Notes under the pieces: generated by a model | Told to the model about the DNA's origin: nothing | Seen by the model: only the letters and a program-made list of their open reading frames with translations | Database searches by the model: none | Translations under genes and position numbers: made by a program | In this document: positions 1-11,188 of the stretch, in pieces | Position numbering within the stretch: position 1 is the first letter of the stretch | How the letters are laid out: every line of letters starts with the position of its first letter | From: an uncultured Nitrososphaeraceae archaeon | Lineage (GTDB): Archaea; Thermoproteota; Nitrososphaeria; Nitrososphaerales; Nitrososphaeraceae | Length of the DNA stretch: 64,000 nucleotides | Reading direction: 5' to 3' | Assembly (NCBI GenBank): GCA_963729045.1 | Contig: CAVSMN010000012.1 | Location: 96,001-160,000, forward strand

Positions 1-122
1 ATATTTTACTTCATACAGGATGGTACAAGCTAATAGTTTTAACATTCATAAATCTGTTCGTCGTATTGATGTTGATTTACGGTGGAATTATTGGACCGGA
101 GGGAGTGATTTCGATAAGATGA
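1..122 (+). CDS. nuoH: NADH-quinone oxidoreductase subunit H, 3' end (partial)
   Basis: Frame from nt 3 reads ILLHTGWYKLIVLTFINLFVVLMLIYGG...SIR*, the typical NuoH C-terminal GWxK + TM helix. Its stop overlaps the nuoI ATG (ATGA at 119-122). Confidence 0.85.
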   Translation, partial: ILLHTGWYKLIVLTFINLFVVLMLIYGGIIGPEGVISIR

Positions 123-620
123 ACACTGCAACAGGATTCATAAAAGCTCTAGAGTCTGGAACTAAGCACCTAGTTTTAAAAAGATTTACATTCCGTTATC
201 CTGAGGAAAAGCTGAAATTTGTGGGCGATGGATACCAATTTGACCCCAAAAAAGGTGTCGGAATTGCTGGGACTAGAGGTAGACATATTTTATTTCATGA
301 CAAATGTACTGGATGTCAGCTTTGTGCTATAGCTTGTGAGGGAATAGCAGAGGCAATCACTATGGTGAAAGTTGATGAGCAGTGGAAGCAAAATAAAAAA
401 TCTATAATGCCTCAAATAGATTATGGAAAGTGTGTTTTTTGTGGCTTGTGCGTCGATGCTTGTCCCTTTTATGCCTTGTACATGACAAATGACTATGAGT
501 TGTCTTCTTTCACCAAATCTGCATTTAATATACACACCAGCCCAGTTGGCTGTAAAACCAAAATATGACGGTGAGGTCGAAATAAAAATAGGCTCACGAG
601 GTGCATATCATGGTAGATAG
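119..620 (+). CDS. nuoI: NADH-quinone oxidoreductase subunit I (2x[4Fe-4S]); one frameshift near 523
   Basis: Two CxxCxxCxxxC motifs (CTGCQLCAIAC, CVFCGLCVDACP). The expected tail LIYTPAQLAVKPKY...HGR* continues in another frame to TAG at 620. Confidence 0.92.
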
Positions 621-1131
621 TATTTTTGTAGGTTTATCTGTTATCACCATTGGATCAGCTATTTTGTCTCTTGAGAGCCGGGAATTATTGTACGGAGGGA
701 TAGCTTTGGCAGTTTCTATGCTTGGGATAGCAGGCTACTTTATTATTTTGGACGCTCCTTTTGTTGCAATGTTTCAAATAGCTGTATACGTAGGTGCTGT
801 TGCAGTTCTTATTATATTCACAGTGATGCTAGTACGGGCTCCAAATACAGTTACAAAAAAAGAAACGAGGAAAAGAAAGATTGCAGGTATTTTGCTAGGA
901 TTAGCATTTCTTGTTTTAGCAGGATCCATATTAGGAAATTCTGCTGCAACCCAACTGAAATTTAATGACACGGTTCCAATATTTGATGTACAGGCAATAG
1001 GGAAAGAATTATTAACATACTATTCACCGGTATTGTTAGTATTGGCATTAACACTGGCTGCAGCGGTAATAGGTGCCCTGGCCTTGGCACGCAGAGAGGA
1101 TATTGAGGAAAGAAATGAACCAACCAACTGA
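610..1131 (+). CDS. nuoJ: NADH-quinone oxidoreductase subunit J
   Basis: Hydrophobic protein with QIAVYVGAVAVLIIF motif; operon position. Confidence 0.93.
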   Translation: MVDSIFVGLSVITIGSAILSLESRELLYGGIALAVSMLGIAGYFIILDAPFVAMFQIAVYVGAVAVLIIFTVMLVRAPNTVTKKETRKRKIAGILLGLAFLVLAGSILGNSAATQLKFNDTVPIFDVQAIGKELLTYYSPVLLVLALTLAAAVIGALALARREDIEERNEPTN

Positions 1132-1417
1132 TTTTTTATATATAGCTATAATCCTCATTTCCATTGGAATTTATGGACTAGTTGTAAAAAGAAATGCACT
1201 ACGATTAATATTCTCAATCGAGTTAATTGCAAATGCTGTAAATCTTGTACTTATTGCCTTTTCAAGGATGCTACCTAGTCCTCAGGGCCAAGTCTTTGTG
1301 CTTTTCTCAATAGCAATTTCTGCTGCTGAGGTTGCTGTAGGCTTAGGAATCATAATTATAGCGTATAGGTTCTACAAAGATATAGATATTACTGAATATA
1401 AGAACCTAAAGAATTAA
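1115..1417 (+). CDS. nuoK: NADH-quinone oxidoreductase subunit K
   Basis: 3 TM helices, SIELIANAVN and AAEVAVGL motifs; ATG at 1115. Confidence 0.94.
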   Translation: MNQPTDFLYIAIILISIGIYGLVVKRNALRLIFSIELIANAVNLVLIAFSRMLPSPQGQVFVLFSIAISAAEVAVGLGIIIIAYRFYKDIDITEYKNLKN

Positions 1418-1514
1418 TTTTATTCAAAAAGTATTTTTTTTAAAAATTCAACCGTATAATATATAAAAGGAGTTAATGTCGTTGTGGTAGGGGTATTCGG
1501 AGCAAGAGATGTAG

Positions 1515-3302
1515 ATGGTGGATTCTTCCTATTATCTTATGGTGGCAACATTTATGCCCTTGATATTATCTCCGGTAGTGTATTTTTTGGGAAAACGAAA
1601 GGGAATAAACATTACAACGTGGTTGACTTTTGGAATTTTAGCTATCTCCACTGCGCTAGTGATTATTCCATCTATAGGCCTAGGTTCTGGAGGATCATAT
1701 CAAGAAGTCTTTGATTGGAGTCAATTGGGTCATTTCGGGTTAAAATTAGATGGTTTGAGCATTCCTTTTGCTATTACGATTTATCTGCTATCAACTATTG
1801 TGGTGATTTATTCAAAACCCTATATGGTAAGAAAAATTCTTCTTCAGTATGAACAGGTTAAGAGTTCCTCTAATCTGCAAATGAATGATGCTGAAAGCGA
1901 GTTATATTCTAATAAGGACGGAAAATCTTTATCCTCTTTAATTTTATCGACCGATCAAAAGTCCTACTTAAATAGTCAACTAGGCCTTTATTATTCTCTT
2001 TATCTTGTTTTCGCGATGGGTATGCTTGGTACAGTTTTGGCAACCAATTTGTTCGAATTTTATGTATTTTTTGAACTGATGTTGGTTCCATCATTCTTTT
2101 TGATTGCCTTTTTTGGATACGGAAACAAGAAAAGAACATCATTAATGTTCTTTTTCTGGGCTCACGTCGGTGCAGTTATCCTGCTGTTGGGTTTAATGGC
2201 GATGGGTTTTCTGACTGGTGGGTTTGATTATGATATAGTTAGGGCAAATGCGTCTCAAATTCCACAAGCATGGATTGCTGTCATTGTGGCAGCGCTTATT
2301 ATTGGATTTGGTGTAAAACTAGCTGCTTTCCTTGTCCACGTTTGGTTACCAGATACTTATACAGATGCTCCCACTCCTATTTCTGTACTGATATCCTCAG
2401 CAATGACGGGGATAGGTGCGTATGGTCTGATAAGAATTTGGATTGAACTGTTGTCGGGCCCTGGAAACTATACCGATTATAGTATTTACATAAGCATCTG
2501 GGGGGTTGCAACAATGATATATGGAGGTGCCATGGCTCTAATGCAAAAAGATATCAAAAGAGTTTTGGCCTACTCTAGCATAAGTTCGATGGGGTATCTG
2601 CTTTTTGGTATAGGATCAGAAAGTGTCCTAGGTATTAGTGGTGCAATCTTTATGTATGTCACCCATGCTTTAGGTAAAGGACTATTGTTTATGATGGCAG
2701 GTTCCATTATCTTACAAACAGGAACAAGAAGCATGGATAAATTAGGTGGATTGGGTGGGAAAATGCCATATACTGCTGTATTCGCAATGATTGGTGGATT
2801 AACAATCATTGGTGTACCAATAACAAGCGGTTTTATGTCTGAATGGGTCCTCTTTAATGGTGCGTTACAAAATGCTGTAGTTAGCGAGAGCGCTCTTAAG
2901 GCTGTCTTATTTGCATTGGCTATTACGACTACTATACTGACATCTGCTTATATATTGTGGATGTACAAAAGAATCTTCTATGGTATTACCCCAGAAACAT
3001 TAAAAAATGTACGTGATTCGAGTAAGTATGTTTTAGTAACCATGGGGATTTTAGCTTCATTAACATTGATACTGGGATTATATCCTGATTTATTTTATAA
3101 ACCGATTATAGGATATGTTGAAAATCTCTATAATAATTCAGACGAGCTGATACCCGTAAAGATCACGCCTGGAACAGCACAATTAGATGAAAAACCCATT
3201 AACAATACAAAGGTTAGTAATGTTGCTTCTCCAGGTGGAACTGAATTCCAGAGGACATATCTGATATCTGAAAATTATGTGGATCATCCCATTACTTTAT
3301 AG
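1515..3302 (+). CDS. nuoM: NADH-quinone oxidoreductase subunit M
   Basis: Antiporter-like motifs FFELMLVP, HVWLPD, AYSSIS, SGFMSE. Confidence 0.92.
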   Translation: MVDSSYYLMVATFMPLILSPVVYFLGKRKGINITTWLTFGILAISTALVIIPSIGLGSGGSYQEVFDWSQLGHFGLKLDGLSIPFAITIYLLSTIVVIYSKPYMVRKILLQYEQVKSSSNLQMNDAESELYSNKDGKSLSSLILSTDQKSYLNSQLGLYYSLYLVFAMGMLGTVLATNLFEFYVFFELMLVPSFFLIAFFGYGNKKRTSLMFFFWAHVGAVILLLGLMAMGFLTGGFDYDIVRANASQIPQAWIAVIVAALIIGFGVKLAAFLVHVWLPDTYTDAPTPISVLISSAMTGIGAYGLIRIWIELLSGPGNYTDYSIYISIWGVATMIYGGAMALMQKDIKRVLAYSSISSMGYLLFGIGSESVLGISGAIFMYVTHALGKGLLFMMAGSIILQTGTRSMDKLGGLGGKMPYTAVFAMIGGLTIIGVPITSGFMSEWVLFNGALQNAVVSESALKAVLFALAITTTILTSAYILWMYKRIFYGITPETLKNVRDSSKYVLVTMGILASLTLILGLYPDLFYKPIIGYVENLYNNSDELIPVKITPGTAQLDEKPINNTKVSNVASPGGTEFQRTYLISENYVDHPITL

Positions 3303-3312
3303 GTGAATAAAT

Positions 3313-5427
3313 GTGGTTGAAGTTTTAGGTTTTGAAGGAATAGGGGTAAATGCATGGTTAATCTGGATGACTCCATTTATTGGAGCTGCCTTTATTCCAA
3401 TTTTAAGAAAAAAAAGTGAAAAATTCAAAAGTTATGTTGCTGTTGCATTTTCAATTATTAGTGCCTTATTGGCTTTGAGTATCCTGCCTCTAGGCTTGAC
3501 AAATGGGGAAATACATAGTCAAATCCCATGGTTTTCTGCCTTAGATATAGACGCAGGTGTTTTGGCTGATCCACTTGCCATAATCATGAGTAATCTAGTA
3601 GCTTGGATTTCGGTAGCTATCTTTGTGTATTCTATTTCCTACATGCACGGACAAAGATCGCTGATAAGGTATTGGTTCTTTATGCTGTTCTTCATAGGAT
3701 CAATGCAACTTATTGTATTATCCGACAATTTGTTGATGGTATTTTTCGGTTGGGAAGGAGTGGGACTTGCATCTTATGCCCTGATAGGATTCTGGTACAC
3801 CGATAGAAAGAAAGATTATGTTGGCAAAGAAGGGCATACAGCTTGGGGCATACCTCAGTGGACATCGCCTACACACGCTGGGATAAAGGCATTCTTACTT
3901 AACAGGGCCGGGGATGTCATGATGCTGTCTGGCATGTTTATGATCTTTATGTATTCTGGTACCTTTGGCTTTAGGGAGTTATTGGCCGACCAAACCTGGG
4001 CTCATGTGATGATGCAACAAAATCTATTGGTACCCGCGGCCGTTTTAATATTTGGAGGGGCTATAGGTAAATCAGCTCAGTTTCCGCTAAATGAATGGTT
4101 ATTGGAGGCAATGACAGGGCCTACATCCGTTTCGGCTCTTATCCATGCTGCAACAATGGTAAAAGCAGGAGTGTTCCTTGTTGCTAGAATAGGTCCTCTA
4201 TTTTTCGCCTTATCTGTATTTAATATGAATCAGTTTTTTGAAATTGTTACATGGGTTGGAGCGATAACTGCTCTGTTGTTAGCCACTCAAGCAATAGTTA
4301 ATCCTGAAATAAAAAAAGTCTTGGCTTATTCCACAGGTTCGCAGATTGGCTATATGATGATGGCTTTGGGAATTGCAGGTCTTTCTACAAACTTTGTTGA
4401 CGGATACACTGCAGGGTTCTTTCACCTGATTAGCCATGCACTGTTTAAAGCTTCGTTGTTTATGGCCGCCGGTGCGATATTACATACCGTACATTCTAGA
4501 TTTATGAACGATATGGGTGGGCTAAAAAAGAATATGAGAAAAACTTACATATTCTTCCTGCTAGCAAGCCTGTCGCTAGCGAGTGCTCCATTGATAACAC
4601 TTGGATTCTGGAGTAAAGATGCAATTTTTGCTTCTATCCTTGAATCTAACTATGAGTTCTCTTCTTATGTCTTTTTGATTGCTGTCACCGTAGCCATTAT
4701 GACCGCCTTCTATACGTTCAGGATGGTGGGCCTAGTATTTTTTGGAAAACCAAGCCAAAATGTAGTCAATATTGAAAATAAAGGACATCGTATACGTGAA
4801 GTCGATAAAATCATGTGGCTTCCATTCGCCGCATTGGCAATAGCATCTATTGCATTTGGTGTTGTGGGCTTTGCTTTTGAGGGTCAACTGCATCATATAT
4901 TTGCAACATACCTTGACACTTATTTTGGAATCACTGAGAACGGAGTAGTACCATTAGGAGGATCTGAAGCCATACAAAGCTCACCCGAATTAACCGGATC
5001 CGATGCAACTACTACCGGAGGGTCTGAACAGGATGCATTGGAACTCAATCCATTTGCGGTTGTTTCATCAGTAGCTGCGTTTGGAATAGGAGGATTTCTT
5101 GGCTATTTGTTTTACATCAAGAGAATTGCGGACCCAAAGAAGATCAGCGACAACGTTGTTTCCAAGGCGTTATGGAAGTTCCTATACAACCGATGGTATC
5201 TTAATTCACTTCTTTATTGGATAGGCGTTGTCATACCATTGGCAGCTTACAGACGAATTTACAAGTATTTTGAAAACATCTTAATGTATGGAATTAATCC
5301 TTCAGTACAACAATCAATGGTATTGATGTCAAGAGTGGCAAAAGCAGTACAAACAGGTAACGTACAGACTTATCTTTATGTATTTTCAGCTGGTATAATT
5401 CTAATTACCATGCTATTATTGAGTTAA
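3313..5427 (+). CDS. nuoL: NADH-quinone oxidoreductase subunit L
   Basis: GWEGVGLASY, GKSAQFPL, EAMTGPTSVSALIHAATMV, GFWSKD. Confidence 0.95.
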   Translation: MVEVLGFEGIGVNAWLIWMTPFIGAAFIPILRKKSEKFKSYVAVAFSIISALLALSILPLGLTNGEIHSQIPWFSALDIDAGVLADPLAIIMSNLVAWISVAIFVYSISYMHGQRSLIRYWFFMLFFIGSMQLIVLSDNLLMVFFGWEGVGLASYALIGFWYTDRKKDYVGKEGHTAWGIPQWTSPTHAGIKAFLLNRAGDVMMLSGMFMIFMYSGTFGFRELLADQTWAHVMMQQNLLVPAAVLIFGGAIGKSAQFPLNEWLLEAMTGPTSVSALIHAATMVKAGVFLVARIGPLFFALSVFNMNQFFEIVTWVGAITALLLATQAIVNPEIKKVLAYSTGSQIGYMMMALGIAGLSTNFVDGYTAGFFHLISHALFKASLFMAAGAILHTVHSRFMNDMGGLKKNMRKTYIFFLLASLSLASAPLITLGFWSKDAIFASILESNYEFSSYVFLIAVTVAIMTAFYTFRMVGLVFFGKPSQNVVNIENKGHRIREVDKIMWLPFAALAIASIAFGVVGFAFEGQLHHIFATYLDTYFGITENGVVPLGGSEAIQSSPELTGSDATTTGGSEQDALELNPFAVVSSVAAFGIGGFLGYLFYIKRIADPKKISDNVVSKALWKFLYNRWYLNSLLYWIGVVIPLAAYRRIYKYFENILMYGINPSVQQSMVLMSRVAKAVQTGNVQTYLYVFSAGIILITMLLLS

Positions 5428-5444
5428 GGAGAGAATGAGAAACT

Positions 5445-6944
5445 ATGATTGATATATTTTCGACCCCTGCTTTAGTAACCATCATCCTAGGGAGCGTAGC
5501 TTTGTTAATTCCAATAATAGATGCCTTGAATAAGGAGCGAGGCTCTAAGAATAAAGTTTATAGCGCTATAGCCTTTGGGGCTCTAACTTTAGCCCTTATT
5601 GTTGTGATATATCGGATATTTTCTGGAGAAAATCTTCCCGCATTATCATTAGCAAATACTGGAGTCATAGGAGACGATATTTTTGGTGCATTCTTTTCTA
5701 TAGCATTTCTTATAGTATCCATTATGGTAACCGTTTCTTCATGGAGTTACATGAAGAAAAAAAGCAATCATGCTGCATATTATTCTTTGATATTATTATC
5801 AAGCATTGGAATGATCCTCATAGGTTATTCAACTGATTTCGTAATGCTGCTAGTTGCTTGGGAACTAATGTCTATCCCTACATATGCGTTAGCTGCTTTT
5901 AATAAAAAAGATCCCATATCAAACGAGGCTTCAATCAAATACTTTTTGTTTGGAGCTCTATCGTCGGCAATCATCGTTTTGGCAATGGGAATTGTGTATG
6001 GATTAACTGGTACTACAAATATTTACGATTCAATTGTGGCAATGTCGCAATTGAATCCAGATTTGATCCCATTTGGCTTGCTGGCAGTGGGGCTTTTTAT
6101 CGCTGGCTTTGGATTCAAAATGGGTCTGGTTCCATTCCACATGTGGTTGCCTGATACCTACTCTGGAGCTCCAACTACGATTGCTGCGCTGCTTGCAGCT
6201 GGAACGAAAAAAGCCGGATTTGCAGCTGCCATTAGGGTGATAGTTATTGGTATGATCGCCCTTAATGTCCACTGGACATTTACTCTTGCAATAATAGCCA
6301 TTTTTACTATGACACTAGGGAATTTAGGAGCACTGACACAGAAAAGTATTCCGAGAATCCTTGCGTATTCAAGTATTGCGCAGGCTGGGTATATCTTGAT
6401 CGGACTTGCAGTTGCTCCATATTCTGACTATGGGTTAGATGCCTCATTGTTGCAAATATTGAATCATGCAGTAATGAAATCTGCTGCATTTATTGCTGCT
6501 GCGGGTGTAATTATAACCATAGCCGGCTATACACTCGAAAAGTATAAGGGATTGGGATTTAGAATGCCTATCACAGCGTTTGTGTTCGCGATTTCGTTAC
6601 TTGCACTTGCTGGAGTCCCTCCCCTAAGCGGTTTTTGGGGTAAGTATTTGATATTTGGAGCTGCCATAGATAGTGGTCAAGTAATATGGTGGGGACCTTA
6701 TCTTGCAATAGCTGGTATTCTAAACAGTGCATTATCTTTGGGTTATTACGCTTGGATTATAAGGAAAATGTACATGGAAGAGGGCGAAAATAGGGTAAGA
6801 CAGAAGGAACCAAAATCGATAGTTGCTGTATTGCTATTTGCATTGGGTTTTATGATAATATTTGGTATCTGGTACGGACCATTGCTAGACCTAGCGTCAA
6901 TGGCTGTGCCCAATGACTTGATTCATTTGATAAGTGCGAAATAG
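5445..6944 (+). CDS. nuoN: NADH-quinone oxidoreductase subunit N
   Basis: EASIKYF, FKMGLVPFHMWLPDTY, GVPPLSGFWGK. Confidence 0.95.
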   Translation: MIDIFSTPALVTIILGSVALLIPIIDALNKERGSKNKVYSAIAFGALTLALIVVIYRIFSGENLPALSLANTGVIGDDIFGAFFSIAFLIVSIMVTVSSWSYMKKKSNHAAYYSLILLSSIGMILIGYSTDFVMLLVAWELMSIPTYALAAFNKKDPISNEASIKYFLFGALSSAIIVLAMGIVYGLTGTTNIYDSIVAMSQLNPDLIPFGLLAVGLFIAGFGFKMGLVPFHMWLPDTYSGAPTTIAALLAAGTKKAGFAAAIRVIVIGMIALNVHWTFTLAIIAIFTMTLGNLGALTQKSIPRILAYSSIAQAGYILIGLAVAPYSDYGLDASLLQILNHAVMKSAAFIAAAGVIITIAGYTLEKYKGLGFRMPITAFVFAISLLALAGVPPLSGFWGKYLIFGAAIDSGQVIWWGPYLAIAGILNSALSLGYYAWIIRKMYMEEGENRVRQKEPKSIVAVLLFALGFMIIFGIWYGPLLDLASMAVPNDLIHLISAK

Positions 6945-7242
6945 CGTATCTGTTTTTCAATCCCTTTCCTTATCCATCCTATTCCTTCCTCTGCTGTAGT
7001 TCCTCGTTGTGTTCCTCAATCATATCTTATTTCTAGATCCAGTTCTAGATCCTATTATGTTACCTTCTTTGAAACTGTTGATTTAGGTAATACTTCTTGG
7101 ATACTATTCAAACGCTTAATCTAAAAAATGTTCAAAAATGATCAATGGACTATTACTACTAAATTCTTGTTACTATAAGTAGAAAAATTACTTTAGAATC
7201 TGCAAGTCCAATTTTTCATGTATAATTCATCTTTTTTCTCAG

Positions 7243-7836
7243 CTAGGCTGGAAAAAATTTATCTATCCTCTGATCCTGAGCATTCACTATTTTTGCGAGT
7301 TTTTGGATATCTTCAAAGAAAATTTGTTTTAATTTGTTATTGTATATAGTAGCTGCTGGATGATAAGTTATAAAATATTTCAATGGTGGGCGATTAACTA
7401 TTTGCCCACGATATGGTGTCATATATTTTAGTCCAAGTAATGACTTTAAAGCCGTTGCGCCCAAAATACAAATGATTTTAGGTGAAATAATATCGATTTC
7501 TTTTTTGAGATATTCACTGGTGCATATTCTGATTTCTTCGTCAGTTGGAACCCTATTATTAGGTGGCCTGCATTTGACCACATTTGTAATGTAAATCTCT
7601 TTTCTTTCTATTCGTGCGTCGATTAATGCTTGATCCAATATTTTACCAGCGCTTCCCACAAAGGGACTACCAGTCTCATCTTCGTTTTTTCCTGGGGCCT
7701 CGCCTATCAATATTATTTTTCTATTTATACTCCCACTACCTGGTACAGCATTCTTCCTGGTTATTGATAGTCCGCACAGGACACATTGAATAACTTCTTT
7801 CTTTATTGATTCTAATGATTCATTTTGAGGACTCAA
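7243..7836 (-). CDS. udg: Family-4 uracil-DNA glycosylase
   Basis: N-terminal CxxC, GEAPG, FVGSAG, TNVVKCRPPNNR, YHPAA. Confidence 0.93.
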   Translation of the reverse strand: MSPQNESLESIKKEVIQCVLCGLSITRKNAVPGSGSINRKIILIGEAPGKNEDETGSPFVGSAGKILDQALIDARIERKEIYITNVVKCRPPNNRVPTDEEIRICTSEYLKKEIDIISPKIICILGATALKSLLGLKYMTPYRGQIVNRPPLKYFITYHPAATIYNNKLKQIFFEDIQKLAKIVNAQDQRIDKFFPA

Positions 7837-7876
7837 GTTGGGTACAAAACTAAACTAAGGAAGAATTACTTGAAAA

Positions 7877-8242
7877 TCAATACTTTGATTCAGTTACCGA
7901 TTCTGATGATAATCCTCCAGTGGCATTTTGTGCATCTTCTGCTGGGGACGAGGAATTAACTATCAAATTTGCAGGACTCGAGGTGGAGTTTGTAATTGCA
8001 GAAACTACCGATTCTGATGATAATCCTCCAGTGGCATTTTGTGCATCTTCTGCTGGGGACGAGGAATTAACTATCAAATTTGCAGGACTCGAGGTGGAGT
8101 TTGTAATTGCAGAAACTACCGATTCTGATGATAATCCTCCAGTGGTATTACTTATGCTGGTATTGTTAGATTGAGCAAACACGGTTGGAAGTCCAATCAT
8201 TAATAGGGGCAAAACAAGAATAACCAATTTAGAACTCTTCAT
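7877..8242 (-). CDS. Small secreted Ser/Thr/Asn-rich protein with 37-aa tandem repeat
   Basis: ATG at 8242 gives signal peptide MKSSKLVILVLPLLMIGLPTVFAQ, followed by the repeats. Confidence 0.75.
   Translation of the reverse strand: MKSSKLVILVLPLLMIGLPTVFAQSNNTSISNTTGGLSSESVVSAITNSTSSPANLIVNSSSPAEDAQNATGGLSSESVVSAITNSTSSPANLIVNSSSPAEDAQNATGGLSSESVTESKY
7895..8145. repeat. Perfect 111-bp tandem repeat, about 2.25 copies
   Basis: ACCGATTCTGATGATAATCCTCCAGTGG starts at 7896, 8007 and 8118. Confidence 0.97.
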
Positions 8243-9201
8243 ATCACTTTCTATAATTTTGTAATATAAAATAATTTCGTTAGATTCGTATACAGACCTA
8301 ACAAGGTCAATTATAACTACAATCATCAGGGCGAAATCAATTATCTTGGATTTGACAAAAATAATTTAATAGTATTGATAATTTCAACTCTAGACCTACA
8401 ACAGTAGGTTGGTTCCTTAACTATAATAAACATGATAATGACAGAAACTTAATGCTTTTATCGATTGGTATCTAAAATGGGATTCACTAGTAATGATAAA
8501 TCGATGAGTATAGTATCGAATCCATTTGGTTATTTTGATAAGAACACTCTCTCAGCAACATCCCAGAAAAAGTAAATGTTTGAGAGAATCAACAACTTTG
8601 ATTAAACTGAGTTCTCAGATCCATTTTTTTTTTCTAACATCAGGGTTGCTGGTCTGATTTCATATACATTTTTGTATTCTATTTGTTCCGTCAACTTCTT
8701 ATTCATGCTCTTAAAAAAAGTCGTTTATTTTATTTCCGATGCATAATTAATCAATCCTATCTTATCTATGTCTGTCTTTTGGACTATAAAACTTAAAGTA
8801 TCTTCTTATCCAATACAATTCCTTATATCAATTTTGTATTTTTAATAGAACTGCCCTGTTTCTAATCAACTTTAATATCATCCAAATTCAATTTAACAAG
8901 ATAAAACGTACATATTTGGATATCAATGCTGTCTGGGGAGATCAAAAAACAACTATAAAGGGCAATTTCCGTAAGAAAAATAGTATAGACATCTACTTTC
9001 CTATCTAGAAATGCTTTAAAATCAATACATCTTGTCATGATTTATTATGTCATATTTTTAGTCTTTGACGACCAATATTATCAATATTTTATATCTTAGT
9101 ATTTAAAACTTGTATATTCCTATTCTTTATTTCGATAACTTAATGATTATTTCATTAGAAACGATAAAATGAAGGATAAGCATTATAATAAGAACTAAAA
9201 T

Positions 9202-10137
9202 GTGGTGGAAAAAAACAAAATGACTCAAAAATTAATTAATTCGTATTTATCAGTATTATGTCCTTTATGTAATAAGCACTCTAATATAATTACCGATCAG
9301 AATTCTGGTGAATTGATTTGTACTACTTGTGGGAGTGTTATAATTGATAATGCTGAGGCAGCAAGGTCTGAATGGACATCTTCAAATATTCAGGAATTAG
9401 ATTTCAGGGATAGAACCGGTGCGCCAACTTCTCTGGCCAAGTACGATCGTGGACTTTCTACAGTTATAGGCAAGATAGATAAAGATGCATCTGGTCGTCA
9501 AATTGACCTGGCAATGAAAAGTAGAATAGGTAGGTGGAGAACTTGGGACGCCAGATCACAAACAAATGATTCTTCAAAGAGAAATCTTCAATCTGCGTTT
9601 ATTCAGTTATACACGATGAAAGATGTACTGGGCTTGCCCGAACCAGCAATTGAAAAGATCGCATATCTATACAGGAAAATACAGGAACGGAAATTGATAA
9701 AAGGAAGAACAATAAAAGGGGCTTTGGCTGTTGCTTCTTATATTGCATGTAGAGAATTAGGGATACCAAGAACGTTAAAGGAAATTGCAAAAATTACTAA
9801 TCTAAAAGAAAAGGAAATAGCGAGAATATACAGAAAGGTAATGTTTGAACTAGATCTCAAAGTCCCTCAAGTCGATGCATTAAAAGAAATAATAAAGATA
9901 GGAAATATTTGCGGAATTTCAGAAAGATCAAAAAGACGTGCCATAAAAATGATGATGACTGTGATGAAAACAGAGATTTCTGCTGGGAAAAATCCAATGG
10001 GATTGGCCGGCGCTGTTCTTTACCTGTCATGTAAGGAATATGATGAGGAAATTACTCAAAACAAGATTGCAGAGGTTGCGGGTGTAACTGAAGTTACTTT
10101 AAGGCATGATTTAGATATAATATTAGAATTTGACTAA
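9202..10137 (+). CDS. tfb: Transcription initiation factor IIB (paralog)
   Basis: Zn ribbon CPLC...CTTCG, RTGAP B-reader, two cyclin repeats, GKNPMGLAG, GVTEVT. Confidence 0.95.
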   Translation: MVEKNKMTQKLINSYLSVLCPLCNKHSNIITDQNSGELICTTCGSVIIDNAEAARSEWTSSNIQELDFRDRTGAPTSLAKYDRGLSTVIGKIDKDASGRQIDLAMKSRIGRWRTWDARSQTNDSSKRNLQSAFIQLYTMKDVLGLPEPAIEKIAYLYRKIQERKLIKGRTIKGALAVASYIACRELGIPRTLKEIAKITNLKEKEIARIYRKVMFELDLKVPQVDALKEIIKIGNICGISERSKRRAIKMMMTVMKTEISAGKNPMGLAGAVLYLSCKEYDEEITQNKIAEVAGVTEVTLRHDLDIILEFD

Positions 10138-11188
10138 AACCCTGTCAAGTAATTAAAACGAATATCTAAACTACGTATCATCTTTTTTTGCAAATATAGA
10201 AATATTGCGGATAAGTACTACGAAAATTAATATTCCCAAAAATTGTATCAAGTTAAGTAACATGATCTTTTTATTAATAAAGTACAAATTATTTTTTTGA
10301 ATAAGCCTACCAATTTGTACTATAGATAATTATCTTGCCTGTTTAAGTAAAATGATATTTAGAAACATTTGTACAATTTCTAAGAAAAGAAGTTGCATGT
10401 TAGAACAAATGTTCTTTCAGATGATTTAAAAGATTTTTCAAAAAAAATGGTAGCAATAAATGGTTTATTATTGCTTTGATTTTGTAACCAATAATCTCAA
10501 ATTTAAATCAATATTCTTTAGCAGTGTTATTTATTCTCAAAAGATAGGGGAGCTATTATCAGCCAATTCCGTGTTTGGCCTTTCTCCCCTACCACAATAA
10601 TGAACCGGTGAACGGAATAGAAACCCGACTCATCCTTTTGTATATTAACATGTTCAACATTTTATTTAAGCTATATGTATTTTTTTTCAACTATGGTATG
10701 GCTACAAGCTCATAGAGATATGTTCTAGATCGAAATCCAGTTCTTATCAACCTCTCCCTAATTTTGATTTAGATATAGTTACCATTGAAGATATTTGTTT
10801 TCCAATAGATTGATTATTTTTCGAACTTTATTGAGATAAATTATCAAAGCGATAGATTGAGAAGGAAAATGCATATTATTCAAACACTACTTTTGAATAA
10901 TAAATCGAGCATGGATTTTGACTATTTGAATATGTAAGCATCCTTAAAAAAATATTGAATGATTTTATTCAAAATTATGCCAATAACCAAGGCACGAGAA
11001 ACAATACTATACCCGTCAGACAAGTTGATTTTGAATTAATATCACTTTCGTTACGTAACAAAGACGTTCTGCGTTTGCACTGCGAGAGCATCAAAACTCC
11101 AAGGTGAGTGATATGATCTTTAAACGAATCTATTCTTAATTTGCCAATAAATTAAGACATCGTGTATCGGTCTTTAACGGCCCTATTT

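Noticed and set aside
20..118. N-terminal extension of NuoI in the ORF track
   Set aside because: It overlaps the nuoH 3' end; the real start is the ATG at 119.
6945..7100. Pyrimidine-rich tract with TTCTAGATCC duplicated after nuoN
   Set aside because: Short and low-complexity; no recognisable product or element ends.
7895..8145. Possible CRISPR array
   Set aside because: The 'spacers' are identical and the 111-bp period is in frame inside a signal-peptide ORF; no cas genes in the window.
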